DNA from: an uncultured Acidobacteriota bacterium
GTDB lineage: Bacteria > Acidobacteriota > Thermoanaerobaculia > Multivoradales > UBA5704
Reading direction: 5' to 3'
Assembly (NCBI GenBank): GCA_963756455.1
Contig: CAVWNC010000003.1
Span: forward strand, 2,456,090-2,520,089
Length of the DNA: 64,000 nucleotides
In this document: piece after piece, positions 36,599-45,619 of the stretch
Layout: each line of letters begins with the position of its first letter
Numbering within the stretch: the first letter of the stretch is position 1
Notes under the pieces: model-generated
The model's database searches: none
What the model saw: only the letters and a program-made list of their open reading frames with translations
Told to the model about the DNA's origin: nothing
Translations under genes and position numbers: made by a program

Positions 36599-37127
36599 AC
36601 GTCCCGCACTCGGGAATGCCCATCTTGGCCAAGATCTCGGGGGCCATCGAGAATTCGACGCCTTGCTCGTGCAGGGCCAAGAGAGTCTGGCGTGAAGCGT
36701 CGCTATAGAGAGTGGCGCCAACGCGATAGATCTTGTGGTTCGTGACGCACGGGAGGTCCGGAGAGTTGACATGGATCACCGCGCCTTCCTGCGCCAGCGG
36801 CTTGTCCTGGCCCGCTCGGCTCACCACGAGAGTGAGTGGAGGAGCCCCCGGCCGCGGATTCTCGAAATCCATGACCGTCACAGCCTGGGTAGGAAACTCC
36901 TTCTGCACCTGGAAGCTCACCACCAGGAACACTCGCGGGCCGGCGACGATGGACATACCGGTCCCGAGAATCTTGAAGTACTCGGGCTCGGTTGGACAAG
37001 GGGGAGAAGGAGCACTGGAAGTGGGCTCGTGGGACAGCACCGGAACGGCCGCCGGGGGCGGGGCCTCGGCGGGCAACCGGCCGGCGCTCAAGAGCAGAAC
37101 GGCGATGATCCCCATCGTTCGTCTCAT
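36597..37127 (-). CDS. secreted hypothetical protein
   Basis: 176 aa with signal peptide MRRTMGIIAVLLLSAGRLPAEA and ordinary composition. Confidence 0.65.
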   Translation of the reverse strand: MRRTMGIIAVLLLSAGRLPAEAPPPAAVPVLSHEPTSSAPSPPCPTEPEYFKILGTGMSIVAGPRVFLVVSFQVQKEFPTQAVTVMDFENPRPGAPPLTLVVSRAGQDKPLAQEGAVIHVNSPDLPCVTNHKIYRVGATLYSDASRQTLLALHEQGVEFSMAPEILAKMGIPECGT

Positions 37128-37265
37128 CTCTCTTCTCCCTGGATATGTCTTGGGTTGATCCTTGAGTGGTCGTTACGGCTGAATCGTTTCAGCGGTGCCG
37201 CGGGCAATCCTGTTTACGGGTGGGAGGAGCGTATCGTTACATCCTCAAGCCAGAGACAGAGTCTC

Positions 37266-37332
37266 CTCTTCCTCCCACCGTCATCCTGAAGGAGCCTTAG
37301 CGACTGAAGGATCTGGTGGCGGAAGGTCCGGC
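37266..37332. repeat. partial copy of the GTCATCCTGA..GAAGGATCTGG palindromic repeat family
   Basis: ctcttcctcccaccGTCATCCTGAaggagccttagcgactGAAGGATCTGGtggcggaagg. Confidence 0.7.
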
Positions 37333-37490
37333 CCCATACTTCTGCGAGGAGGATCGAGTGCGGAGGCCTTCCTGAAGCTGCTACGATGGTGCGAGCCCCT
37401 GAGACCTCGCCATGGCGACCTTTACGACCGTCTTCCTGAGCTCAACTGCCAAGGCACCTCCAACCCTATCGGGACGCCGTCTACCAGGCC

Positions 37491-40436
37491 GTGGGGAAGA
37501 TGGCCGGCTACCACTGCGTGCGGATGGAGGACTTTGGCCCGCGGGATGGGACGGCGGTTCTAGTCGACGCAAAGGAGGTCGCCGAGTCGGACATCTTCGT
37601 CGGCCTGATCGGCCATCTCCACGGCGGTCACCCCGAGGGAGACGAGCGCTCTTTTACGGAAAGGGAGTACGAGGCGGCGGTCCAGGCCGACAAACCCCGC
37701 CTGATGCTCCTCGCGACGGAGGATTTCCCCGTCCCATTCAACCTACGCGAATCTGACACGGCCTACGAGAGGCAGCGGGAGTTCCGGAAGCGTGTCGGGC
37801 GCGAGCGAGTGGTCGAGTTCTTCAAGGATCCCCAGGTTTTGGCGACGAGCGTCGTTGCCGCTCTCCACCGACTTCACGCGGAAAGCGCCGGCCAAGGCAG
37901 GGGCGACGACATGCAACGTACCTCGCCTGGTCTCGCCGAGGAGATTCTCCGTACCGCCTACCTCAACCGTCTCCTTGAACAGACGAGATTCCTTTTACTC
38001 TCCGGGATCGACCCGGCGGTGGCCAGCGAAAAGGACACCCGTCTCCAATTGGGCACGGTCTATACCGCACTTCTGACCCGCTCGCCTCGGGAAGTAAGCG
38101 AGCCGGGAAAGACGCTAGAGCTAGAGACAGAGAAAGAGCCGCTCCCACTCTCAGCTTTGGAGGTGCTCGACCGGCATGCGCGGCTCGTCCTCCTTGGCGA
38201 CCCAGGGGGTGGCAAGAGTACGTTCGTCAACTTCGTGGTCCTTTGTCTGACGGGAGAGGTGCTTGGCCGGTCGGATGCCAACCTGAAGCTCCTCACCTTA
38301 CCTCTGCCTGAGGACAATGGGCGCGGTTCGAAGGAGGAATTGACTCCTCAGCAATGGACCCATGGAACGCTCCTCCCAGTTCGGGTCGTGTTGCGTGACT
38401 TCGCCGCCCGTGGGTTGCCGGAGATCGGAGAGAAGGCGGCGGCGCGAAATTTATGGCAGTTCCTCGAGAACGAGTTGATTGAAGCAGGGCTTTCCGACTT
38501 CTTCCCGGTGCTACGGCGGGAACTCCTCTGCGGCCGTGGCATGGTGCTGCTCGACGGCCTGGACGAGGTACCCGAGGCAGAGAAGCGGCGAGAGCAGATC
38601 CGGCAGGCAGTCGAAGACTTCTCGGGTGGGCTTGGGGAGAGCCGGGTTTTACTGACGAGCCGCACCTATGCCTACCAGAATCAAGCCTGGCGGCTGCCAG
38701 GTTTCGAGGAGGCGCTGCTAGCGCCATTCAGCCGTGGGCAAATCGTTCGTTTCGTCGGTAGCTGGTACGAGCAGATGGTGACGTTGGGAAGGTTCCGCGA
38801 GGAAGACGCAAAGGGGCGGGCTCAGCTCCTGCGACAGGCGATCTTCGGTAGCGATCGACTGATGGGCTTGGCCGAGCGACCGCTCCTCCTGACCCTCATG
38901 GCGAGCCTCCACGCCTGGCGAGGCGGAAGTCTTCCAGAGCGTCGAGAGGAGCTTTATGCGGACGCGGTCGAGCTTCTTTTGAACACCTGGGAGCGCCAGC
39001 GGATGACTGTCGACCGGACGGGGAAGCCCGTGCAACTCCAGCCGAGTCTCGCCGAGTGGCTCCGGGTGGATCGCCAGGAGGTCCGCCAGGTACTGGAGGA
39101 ACTCGCTTTCGAGGCCCATGGATCGCAGGAGGATCTTTCGGGTACGGCGGATTTGGAGGAGGGAAAGCTGGTCAGCCGGTTCCTTCACCTGAGCCGCAAT
39201 CCAGGGGCGGATGCGGTGCAGCTCTTGGCCTACCTCCGTGACCGGGCAGGCCTTCTGGTTGAGCGGGGAATGGGGGTCTATACATTTATCCATCGGACGT
39301 TCCAGGAATACCTCGCGGCTTGCCATCTTACGGGCGGGATCTTCCCAGACGAAGCCGCCCGGCTAGGGCGGGAGGATCCTGGCCGTTGGCGGGAGGTGGT
39401 CCTCTTGGCCGGCGCCAAGGCGGCACGAGGGGCGGTCGCCACCGTCTGGCATCTGGCGGAAGCCCTCTGCTTCCGAGAGCCAGGTGCCCCAGAGGTCGGG
39501 CCGGAGGATAATTTTGGAGCGCTTCTCGCTGGCCAGGTGTTGTTGGAGTCCGGGGACCCCAGGCGAATGAGCGAAGCGAACAAGATGAAGCTGCAACAGG
39601 TTCGGCGCTGGCTCGTTTACCTGATGCGAGCCGATACTTTTCCGGTCCTCGAGCGGGCGACGGCGGGGCGGGTCTTGGCGGGGCTGGGGGACCCGCGTTT
39701 CGATCCGGACCTCTGGTATTTACCAAAGGAGCCGCTTCTAGGATTCGTCGAGGCTCCAGCGGGGCCGTTTCAAATGGGAGATGACCTCCATGAAGTCGAG
39801 GTCCCAACGTTCTACATCGCCCGCTACCCCGTTACGGTTGCTCAGTTCCATGTTTTCGTGGAAGCTAGCAGCTATGAGCCGGAGGATCGCTCCTGCCTGA
39901 TAGGGTGGGCGAACCATCCTGTTCGGCGGGTCTCGCGTAATGACGCTCTGGCCTACTGCAAATGGCTGGGAGAGAGGCTGCGAGAGCGTCAGGCGGATTC
40001 CGGGGAGACCGAAAACGTCTGGGAAGCTTTGGCTGCAGGCGATCTCCATACGTGTCTGCCCTCCGGAGCAGAATGGGAGAAGGCTGCACGGGGAACCGAT
40101 GGGCGGACCTACCCGTGGGGCGAAGAAGCCGATCCCAACAGGGCGAATTTCGCTGAAACCGGCCTGTGGCGATCGAGCGCAGTGGGATGTTTCCCCGCCG
40201 GAGCCAGCCCTTATGGATGCGAAGAGATGAGCGGCAATGTGTTGGAATGGACAACACAGAATCGACAGGTGGACATCCACGTTCCAACTTTACGACCTGG
40301 CGTTCTGCGCGGCGGTTCTTGTCTCAGTAATGCTCAGTCTATCCGTTGTACCTTCAGCAGCTCTTTCCCCCCCGATCGTGGCTACCCTACTATAGGCTTC
40401 CGTGTTGTGCTGTCCCCATTCTGTTCTGATCCCTGA
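37491..40436 (+). CDS. STAND/NLR-like protein: DUF4062 (N-terminally disrupted), NACHT NTPase, HEAT-like repeats, FGE/SUMF1 (sulfatase-modifying-factor) domain
   Basis: DUF4062 is ..YHCVRMEDF..SDIFVGLIGHLHG..SFTEREYEAAV... The NACHT Walker A is LLGDPGGGKSTF and the Walker B is MVLLDGLDEV. The FGE part is ..YPVTVAQF..HPVRRVSRNDALAYCKWL..LPSGAEWEKAARG..GNVLEWT..LRGGS..GFRVV. The first beta-strand (MATFTTVFLSST) lies in another frame at 37412. Confidence 0.85.
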   Translation: MGKMAGYHCVRMEDFGPRDGTAVLVDAKEVAESDIFVGLIGHLHGGHPEGDERSFTEREYEAAVQADKPRLMLLATEDFPVPFNLRESDTAYERQREFRKRVGRERVVEFFKDPQVLATSVVAALHRLHAESAGQGRGDDMQRTSPGLAEEILRTAYLNRLLEQTRFLLLSGIDPAVASEKDTRLQLGTVYTALLTRSPREVSEPGKTLELETEKEPLPLSALEVLDRHARLVLLGDPGGGKSTFVNFVVLCLTGEVLGRSDANLKLLTLPLPEDNGRGSKEELTPQQWTHGTLLPVRVVLRDFAARGLPEIGEKAAARNLWQFLENELIEAGLSDFFPVLRRELLCGRGMVLLDGLDEVPEAEKRREQIRQAVEDFSGGLGESRVLLTSRTYAYQNQAWRLPGFEEALLAPFSRGQIVRFVGSWYEQMVTLGRFREEDAKGRAQLLRQAIFGSDRLMGLAERPLLLTLMASLHAWRGGSLPERREELYADAVELLLNTWERQRMTVDRTGKPVQLQPSLAEWLRVDRQEVRQVLEELAFEAHGSQEDLSGTADLEEGKLVSRFLHLSRNPGADAVQLLAYLRDRAGLLVERGMGVYTFIHRTFQEYLAACHLTGGIFPDEAARLGREDPGRWREVVLLAGAKAARGAVATVWHLAEALCFREPGAPEVGPEDNFGALLAGQVLLESGDPRRMSEANKMKLQQVRRWLVYLMRADTFPVLERATAGRVLAGLGDPRFDPDLWYLPKEPLLGFVEAPAGPFQMGDDLHEVEVPTFYIARYPVTVAQFHVFVEASSYEPEDRSCLIGWANHPVRRVSRNDALAYCKWLGERLRERQADSGETENVWEALAAGDLHTCLPSGAEWEKAARGTDGRTYPWGEEADPNRANFAETGLWRSSAVGCFPAGASPYGCEEMSGNVLEWTTQNRQVDIHVPTLRPGVLRGGSCLSNAQSIRCTFSSSFPPDRGYPTIGFRVVLSPFCSDP

Positions 40437-40448
40437 AAGTTCTACTTG

Positions 40449-40622
40449 CTATACCTTCGCAGGCTTGACCTCTCTCGGCGTCAGCCGCACCGCTCGCAGG
40501 CCACTCGCCGCCTGCCGTGTCCGGGCCGCGGCCAACATCTTCTCGATGTCATAACCCGCCTCTCGCGCAAGGGCCTCGCGAACGGCGTGGATTTCCTCGA
40601 TTATCGGATCCTTGCGGGTCAT
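40449..40622 (-). CDS. small conserved-looking protein (57 aa), not in the ORF track
   Basis: ATG at 40622 is preceded by GAAGGAG. The product is MTRKDPIIEEIHAVREALAREAGYDIEKMLAAARTRQAASGLRAVRLTPREVKPAKV with ordinary composition. Confidence 0.6.
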   Translation of the reverse strand: MTRKDPIIEEIHAVREALAREAGYDIEKMLAAARTRQAASGLRAVRLTPREVKPAKV

Positions 40623-40698
40623 GGCAAGAGCTCCTTCACCAAAGCCGGTCGGTGAAATTATCTCTCAGAAATAACGGTACGTCGGCCTTCCCCCCGCC

Positions 40699-40730
40699 CA
40701 GATCCTTCGCGGTGCTCAGGATGACGGTAG
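40699..40730. repeat. half copy of the palindromic repeat family
   Basis: CAGATCCTTCgcggtgctCAGGATGACGGTAGG. Confidence 0.7.
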
Positions 40731-40878
40731 GAGAGGTCGGAGTGAGCACAGCGGTATGCGGACGGTAGGAGAGGTCGGAGCGAGTACAGCGGTATGCGGA
40801 GGGTAGGAGAGGTCGAAGCGAGTACAGCGGTATGCGGAGGGTAGGAGAGGTCGAAGCGAATACAGCTGTGCGGGATAA
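40726..40878. repeat. 4 x 38-bp tandem repeat
   Basis: Units start at 40726, 40764, 40802 and 40840 (ggtaggagaggtcgRagYgaRYacagcggtatgcggaS). The last unit is degenerate. Confidence 0.9.
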
Positions 40879-40907
40879 GGATTCATCTGATAGCCGCACC
40901 ACCCGAC

Positions 40908-42458
40908 CTATCCCCGCATCTGCCTCGCCCGCGCCCCCACCCCTCCACCCAGAAGAACCACCGCCAACCCGAGGTATACCCAAGCCATCCCCATCGCCAA
41001 CCCTTGCGGCGTGACCCCCATGTAGTCGAGCGCCGGCACGTGGTTCATCGGACCGATGTACCAAATCGATAAGTAGACGACCTCGAAGAGCCGGCTCGAT
41101 CCCGAGATCGAGCCCAGGCCGAAGGCCAAGGCCGGAATGAAGAGGCAGCCGACCAGCCAGGCGAGAAAACCAGCGTTCTGTCCGGTCACGAGCAGTCGAA
41201 TCCCCACCCCGGCCGTCGTTCCCGCCGCCACGAGCACCCCCGCCGTCCAGATCGCCGTTCCAGCGTAGAGGGCGGACCGGGGTCCGGAGAAGACGAGATC
41301 GCGGGTTCCGAAGCGTTTCTCCCGGGCTCCCATCCCGGACCAGAGGGCGAGCGGCCAGAGCCAGGCGACGGGGAGGAGGCCGGCGCGGACGGCTTCCATG
41401 GGGGAGACGGCGCTCGCGAGGAAGAGGCCGGCGGCCACCAGGTACCACCAGACGATCCTCCCTTGCAGCATCAGCCGCAGCTCGGCAGCGACCAAGGCGA
41501 GGAAAGGATTCCGGGGGGACCAAGCCGGGAGCGAGATGCGGCGGCGGCGTTTGCCACCTTCGACCCCGACCTCTTCCTCCGGTTTCCGCTTCGGCGCTCG
41601 GCCCCCTTCTCTCGCCGGATCGAAGCGGCTGAAGAAGAGGGCGGCGACGAGGGAGACGCCTAAGGCGAGGGCAAGGACCGTGAGGCGCTGGGCGAGGGCG
41701 TGGAGGGTCCAGTCGATGCCGCTCCAGTGGAAGGTCTTCTGGATGTTCATGTGCGGCCCGATGTTGAAGGAGGACTCCTCGCGCTGGCCGGGGACGAGCG
41801 GCGCGAGGGTCGTGACTTTCTGGTGCAGGCTCGTCTGCACGAGATTCCAGCCGACCGGATCGAGGGTGGGCGACTCGATGGACGCGGCGATGAGCGCGGT
41901 CCAGAGAAAGAAGTAGACGACGTTGCCGAGCGTGCCGCGGAGCCAGCGGATCGACTCGAAGAGGACGGCGAGAGCCGCCACGACGGCGATGGGCGGCAGG
42001 GCCAGCCCGACGAGGGGACCGAGAAAGGCCGGAAGATCGAGATGCCGGTCCTCCCCCGAGAGCATCTGGAGGAGGAGCCCGGCGACGCCCAGGATGACGA
42101 CGATGACGCTCAGGAAAAGAAAGTTGCTGAGCGCCTTGCCGCAGGTGTAGGCGGCCTTGCCGAGCGGGGTCGCGGCGAGGATCTCGCCCACCCGGGTCTG
42201 GCGGTCGCGCTCGATCGTGTCTTTTACCAGATAGAAGCCGAAGAGGGGCATGAGGAGCCCGGCGGAGAGCGCCGTCAAGGCCCCCACCCAGGCCGAATTG
42301 AGGATGCCGCGCTGGTTCTGGATCGTCAGGTTCACGTCCCCGGCGTTGATCAGGTAGCCGAAGTAGACCGCCCCGGCGACCGTGGCGAGGAAGCTGTAGC
42401 GCCGCGACCGCTCCTGAAAGTCGGCGCGGGCCATGTGGTAGAGGAGGCGTGCGTTCAT
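40908..42458 (-). CDS. ABC-2-type transporter permease
   Basis: I trimmed to the ATG at 42458 (MNARLLYHM). It is 516 aa with many TM helices and has an ATGA overlap with the ATPase gene. Confidence 0.75.
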   Translation of the reverse strand: MNARLLYHMARADFQERSRRYSFLATVAGAVYFGYLINAGDVNLTIQNQRGILNSAWVGALTALSAGLLMPLFGFYLVKDTIERDRQTRVGEILAATPLGKAAYTCGKALSNFLFLSVIVVILGVAGLLLQMLSGEDRHLDLPAFLGPLVGLALPPIAVVAALAVLFESIRWLRGTLGNVVYFFLWTALIAASIESPTLDPVGWNLVQTSLHQKVTTLAPLVPGQREESSFNIGPHMNIQKTFHWSGIDWTLHALAQRLTVLALALGVSLVAALFFSRFDPAREGGRAPKRKPEEEVGVEGGKRRRRISLPAWSPRNPFLALVAAELRLMLQGRIVWWYLVAAGLFLASAVSPMEAVRAGLLPVAWLWPLALWSGMGAREKRFGTRDLVFSGPRSALYAGTAIWTAGVLVAAGTTAGVGIRLLVTGQNAGFLAWLVGCLFIPALAFGLGSISGSSRLFEVVYLSIWYIGPMNHVPALDYMGVTPQGLAMGMAWVYLGLAVVLLGGGVGARARQMRG

Positions 42459-43360
42459 TTCGGCACCTGGGCCCTCAGGGTCGTGGTCCGGACTCGTCCC
42501 CTTGTCAAACGGAACAGATAGGCATCTTCGAGGCTCGGCGGCAGCGGCCGCGCTCCGTCGGCGGGCGGCGTCTCGGCTACGACCCGTACGTGGACGCCGT
42601 CGCCCCGCCGGACGGTCCCCGAGATCAGCCAGCGCTCCTTGGCCGCGGTGAGCTCGGCGCTCGGCACCACGCACTCCCAGACTTTCCCTTCGATCGCCCG
42701 CAGCAGCTCCTCGGGCGCGGCATGGTCGACCAGCCGGCCGCCGTCGATGAGCGCGATCTCGGTCGCCGCCGCCTCGACGTCCGAGACGATGTGGGTCGAG
42801 AGGAGGACGATGCGGTCGCCCGAGAGGTCGGAGAGGAGGTTCCGGAAGCGCACCCGTTCTTCCGGGTCGAGCCCGACGGTCGGCTCGTCGACGATGAGGA
42901 GACGCGGATCGGAGAGGAGCGCCTGCGCGATTCCCACCCGCTGGCGCATGCCCCCGGAGTAGCCGCTCAAAGGTCGCTTCGCCGCTTCGGTCAGGTTGAC
43001 CAGGGCGAGGAGCTCGGCGATCCGCGGCCGGGCGACCCGCGCCGGCACCCCCTTGACCGCGGCCAGATATTCGAGGAACTCGACCGCCGAGAGATTGGGG
43101 TAGACGCCGAAGTCCTGCGGCAGGTAGCCCAGGCTCGCGCGGAGCGCGGTGGGCGACTTCGCCGTGTCCTCGCCGTTCCAGAGGACGCGCCCGGAGGTGG
43201 GCCGGGTGACGGTCGCCAGGATGCGCATGAGCGTCGACTTGCCGGCGCCGTTCGGCCCGAGGAGGCCGAGCACCCCCGGCCCCAGATCCAGGCTGAAGTC
43301 GGCGAGCGCCACCGTCCCACCCTTGTACACCTTGCCGACGTTTTCGATCGTGAGCCGCAT
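42455..43360 (-). CDS. ABC transporter ATP-binding protein
   Basis: Walker A is GPNGAGKST, the signature is LSGYSGGMRQR and Walker B is LLIVDEP. Confidence 0.92.
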   Translation of the reverse strand: MRLTIENVGKVYKGGTVALADFSLDLGPGVLGLLGPNGAGKSTLMRILATVTRPTSGRVLWNGEDTAKSPTALRASLGYLPQDFGVYPNLSAVEFLEYLAAVKGVPARVARPRIAELLALVNLTEAAKRPLSGYSGGMRQRVGIAQALLSDPRLLIVDEPTVGLDPEERVRFRNLLSDLSGDRIVLLSTHIVSDVEAAATEIALIDGGRLVDHAAPEELLRAIEGKVWECVVPSAELTAAKERWLISGTVRRGDGVHVRVVAETPPADGARPLPPSLEDAYLFRLTRGRVRTTTLRAQVPK

Positions 43361-43390
43361 CCCGATCCCTCCCGTGTCGCCTGCCGTCTC

Positions 43391-43822
43391 TTACGATGGC
43401 GGGAGAGGAGAAGTTCCGGTAGCTCTCTCGGTGCTCTCGGCCCGCTCGGCGTGCACCTCGAACCCGTTGTCGCGATAGTAGTGACCGCCGCGAAGGAGGG
43501 CCCAGAGGCTCGCCAGAGCGTAGGCAGGGAGAAAGAACGGCCCCCACCGCTCGCACTGCCGGACGTGGACGAGCTCGTGCGCCCGGGTCGCATCGAGAGC
43601 GCCGGAATCGGCGCCCAGGATGACGTGGCCGAGGGTCATCGCCTGGGCCTGGACGAACGTCAGCCGGAGGAGCCAGCGGGCGAAGCCGCCGTAAACCTCA
43701 AGGACGCCCGCCCGCCGCCGGACCTCGCCGCCGGTCGCCAGGGTGAAGAGAGCGGCGAGGAGACCGAGGGCGGTCGTGGGGGAGGCCCAGGCATAGCGCC
43801 AGGTGTGGCGAAGGATCTTCAG
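43391..43822 (-). CDS. small membrane protein with HExxH motif (AHELVHVRQ); start uncertain
   Basis: There is good composition from ..LKILRHTWRYAWASPTTALGLLAALF.. onward, but no ATG/GTG/TTG occurs before the ATG at 43639. A CTG overlaps the upstream stop (CTGA). Confidence 0.4.
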   Translation of the reverse strand: MKILRHTWRYAWASPTTALGLLAALFTLATGGEVRRRAGVLEVYGGFARWLLRLTFVQAQAMTLGHVILGADSGALDATRAHELVHVRQCERWGPFFLPAYALASLWALLRGGHYYRDNGFEVHAERAESTERATGTSPLPPS

Positions 43823-44430
43823 CGGGACTCGGACCTTCCGTGGAGAGCCTCGGCGTTTTCGGTGGCGCCTTCGACGTGCGCCGCCGGAAGGCCCCAGATC
43901 CGATGGGCGGTGCGGAGGAAGCGCGGCGGATCGGGGACGGAGAGGAGGATGCGGTAGCCGTCGCGGGTGGGCAGGTCGATCACCGTCGTGGGATCGGTGA
44001 CGAAGAGGAGCGCCTTGTCGCCGTTGCGCAGCCGGAACCAACCCTCGCGGTAGCCCACGAGGGTGTTCCCCATCGTCCGCAGGACCGGCTTGAGCCGCGG
44101 CTCCTCCCGGAGCGAGACGGCCCGCGCCTCTTCGGGGAGGAGGTCGGCGAGCGGCACGGCGCGGCCGAAGACCGAGTTGCGGATGCGGAGGCCGGTGGCC
44201 GAGAGATCGAAGCGCACGTACTGGCTCGACCCGAAGATGAAAAACAGGAAGAGGCCGATGCCGGAGACGACGACCCAGGCGACCCGCAGGGCGGGCATCT
44301 GGGCGACCAGGGGGGCCGTCGCCAGGACGGGCACGACGCAGAAGGCGAGGACCCCCAGGACGAAGAGGAGAGTTTTGAGCGTCGAGGGGACGATGCGAAA
44401 GCTGTGGAAAGCTTGGCGGTCGGGGAGCAT
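43819..44430 (-). CDS. membrane protein with two N-terminal TM helices and a bacterial PH-like C-domain
   Basis: 203 aa with ordinary composition. It is the first gene of the ABC-2 operon. The domain call is tentative. Confidence 0.55.
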   Translation of the reverse strand: MLPDRQAFHSFRIVPSTLKTLLFVLGVLAFCVVPVLATAPLVAQMPALRVAWVVVSGIGLFLFFIFGSSQYVRFDLSATGLRIRNSVFGRAVPLADLLPEEARAVSLREEPRLKPVLRTMGNTLVGYREGWFRLRNGDKALLFVTDPTTVIDLPTRDGYRILLSVPDPPRFLRTAHRIWGLPAAHVEGATENAEALHGRSESR

Positions 44431-44470
44431 GCCTCTATTCTAGGCGCCCTGGCCCGATGGAGAGATCGCC

Positions 44471-45553
44471 ATGCGCTTCGAGATCGACCCCGACATCACC
44501 CGCGCGGAGACCCCGCCGTCCGGGCTCTACAGCGACCCCGAGGTCTACCGGCAGGCCCTGGAACGGGTCTTCGCCAGGAGCTGGCAATGGATCGGCGACC
44601 GCAGCGCGATCAAGGTCCCCGGCCAGGTCCACCCGCTGACCCTTCTCGAAGGGAGCCTGGACGAGCCGCTCCTCCTGACCCGCGACGCCCAGGACCAGGT
44701 CCACTGCCTGTCGAACGTCTGCACCCATCGCGGCAACCTGGTGGCGGAGAGCCCGGGCAACGAGCCCTTCCTGCGCTGCCGCTACCACGGCCGCCGCTTC
44801 GGCCTCGACGGCCGCTTCCTCTCGATGCCCGAGTTCGAGCGCGCGGTGGGCTTCCCGCGCCCCGGAGACAACCTGCCGCGGGTGGAGCTCGGAGAATTCG
44901 GTCCTTTCCTCTTTGCCTCGCTCGCCCCCGTCTTTCCCCTGGACGCCCTGCTCGCCGAGGTGCGCGCCCGGGTGGGCTTCCTGCCTTTGGCCGCGGCGGT
45001 CTTCGACCCCGGCCGCTCGCGCGACTACCTGGTGCGCGCCAACTGGGCGCTCTACTGCGACAACTACCTGGAGGGCTTCCACATCCCCTTCGTCCATGCC
45101 GGGCTCGCCGGGGCGCTCGACTACGGCAGCTACCGGACCGAGCTCTACCCCTACGCCAACCTCCAGCTCGGCGTGGCGTCGGGCGGCGACGAGGTCTTCA
45201 CCCTTCCCTCCTCCTCGCCCGATGCAGGCCATGAGATCGCCGCCTACTACTTCTTCCTCTTCCCCAACACCATGCTCAACGTCTACCCCTGGGGGATCTC
45301 GGTGAACGTCGTCAAGCCGCTGGCGGTCGACCGCACCCGGGTCTCCTTCCTCACCTACGTCTGGGACCCGGAGAAGCTCGACCGCGGGGCGGGCGCCGGG
45401 CTCGACCGGGTCGAGCGCGAGGACGAGGCGGTCGTCGAGAGCGTCCAGCGCGGGGTGCGCTCGCGGCTCTACGACCGCGGCCGTTATTCGCCCGATCGCG
45501 AAGAGGGAGTGCACCACTTCCATCGCCTGCTGGCGCGGTTTCTGGGGGAGTAG
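44471..45553 (+). CDS. Rieske [2Fe-2S] non-heme-iron oxygenase (ring-hydroxylating alpha-subunit-like)
   Basis: The Rieske motif is CTHRG..(17)..CRYHGRRF. The catalytic-domain part is ..NYLEGFHIPFVH.. Confidence 0.85.
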   Translation: MRFEIDPDITRAETPPSGLYSDPEVYRQALERVFARSWQWIGDRSAIKVPGQVHPLTLLEGSLDEPLLLTRDAQDQVHCLSNVCTHRGNLVAESPGNEPFLRCRYHGRRFGLDGRFLSMPEFERAVGFPRPGDNLPRVELGEFGPFLFASLAPVFPLDALLAEVRARVGFLPLAAAVFDPGRSRDYLVRANWALYCDNYLEGFHIPFVHAGLAGALDYGSYRTELYPYANLQLGVASGGDEVFTLPSSSPDAGHEIAAYYFFLFPNTMLNVYPWGISVNVVKPLAVDRTRVSFLTYVWDPEKLDRGAGAGLDRVEREDEAVVESVQRGVRSRLYDRGRYSPDREEGVHHFHRLLARFLGE

Positions 45554-45619
45554 CAGGAGGTAGCGCTTCGGGCCGTAGGGGGCGGCTACCTACAGGCGCC
45601 AACTTGACTACTAAGCGCG

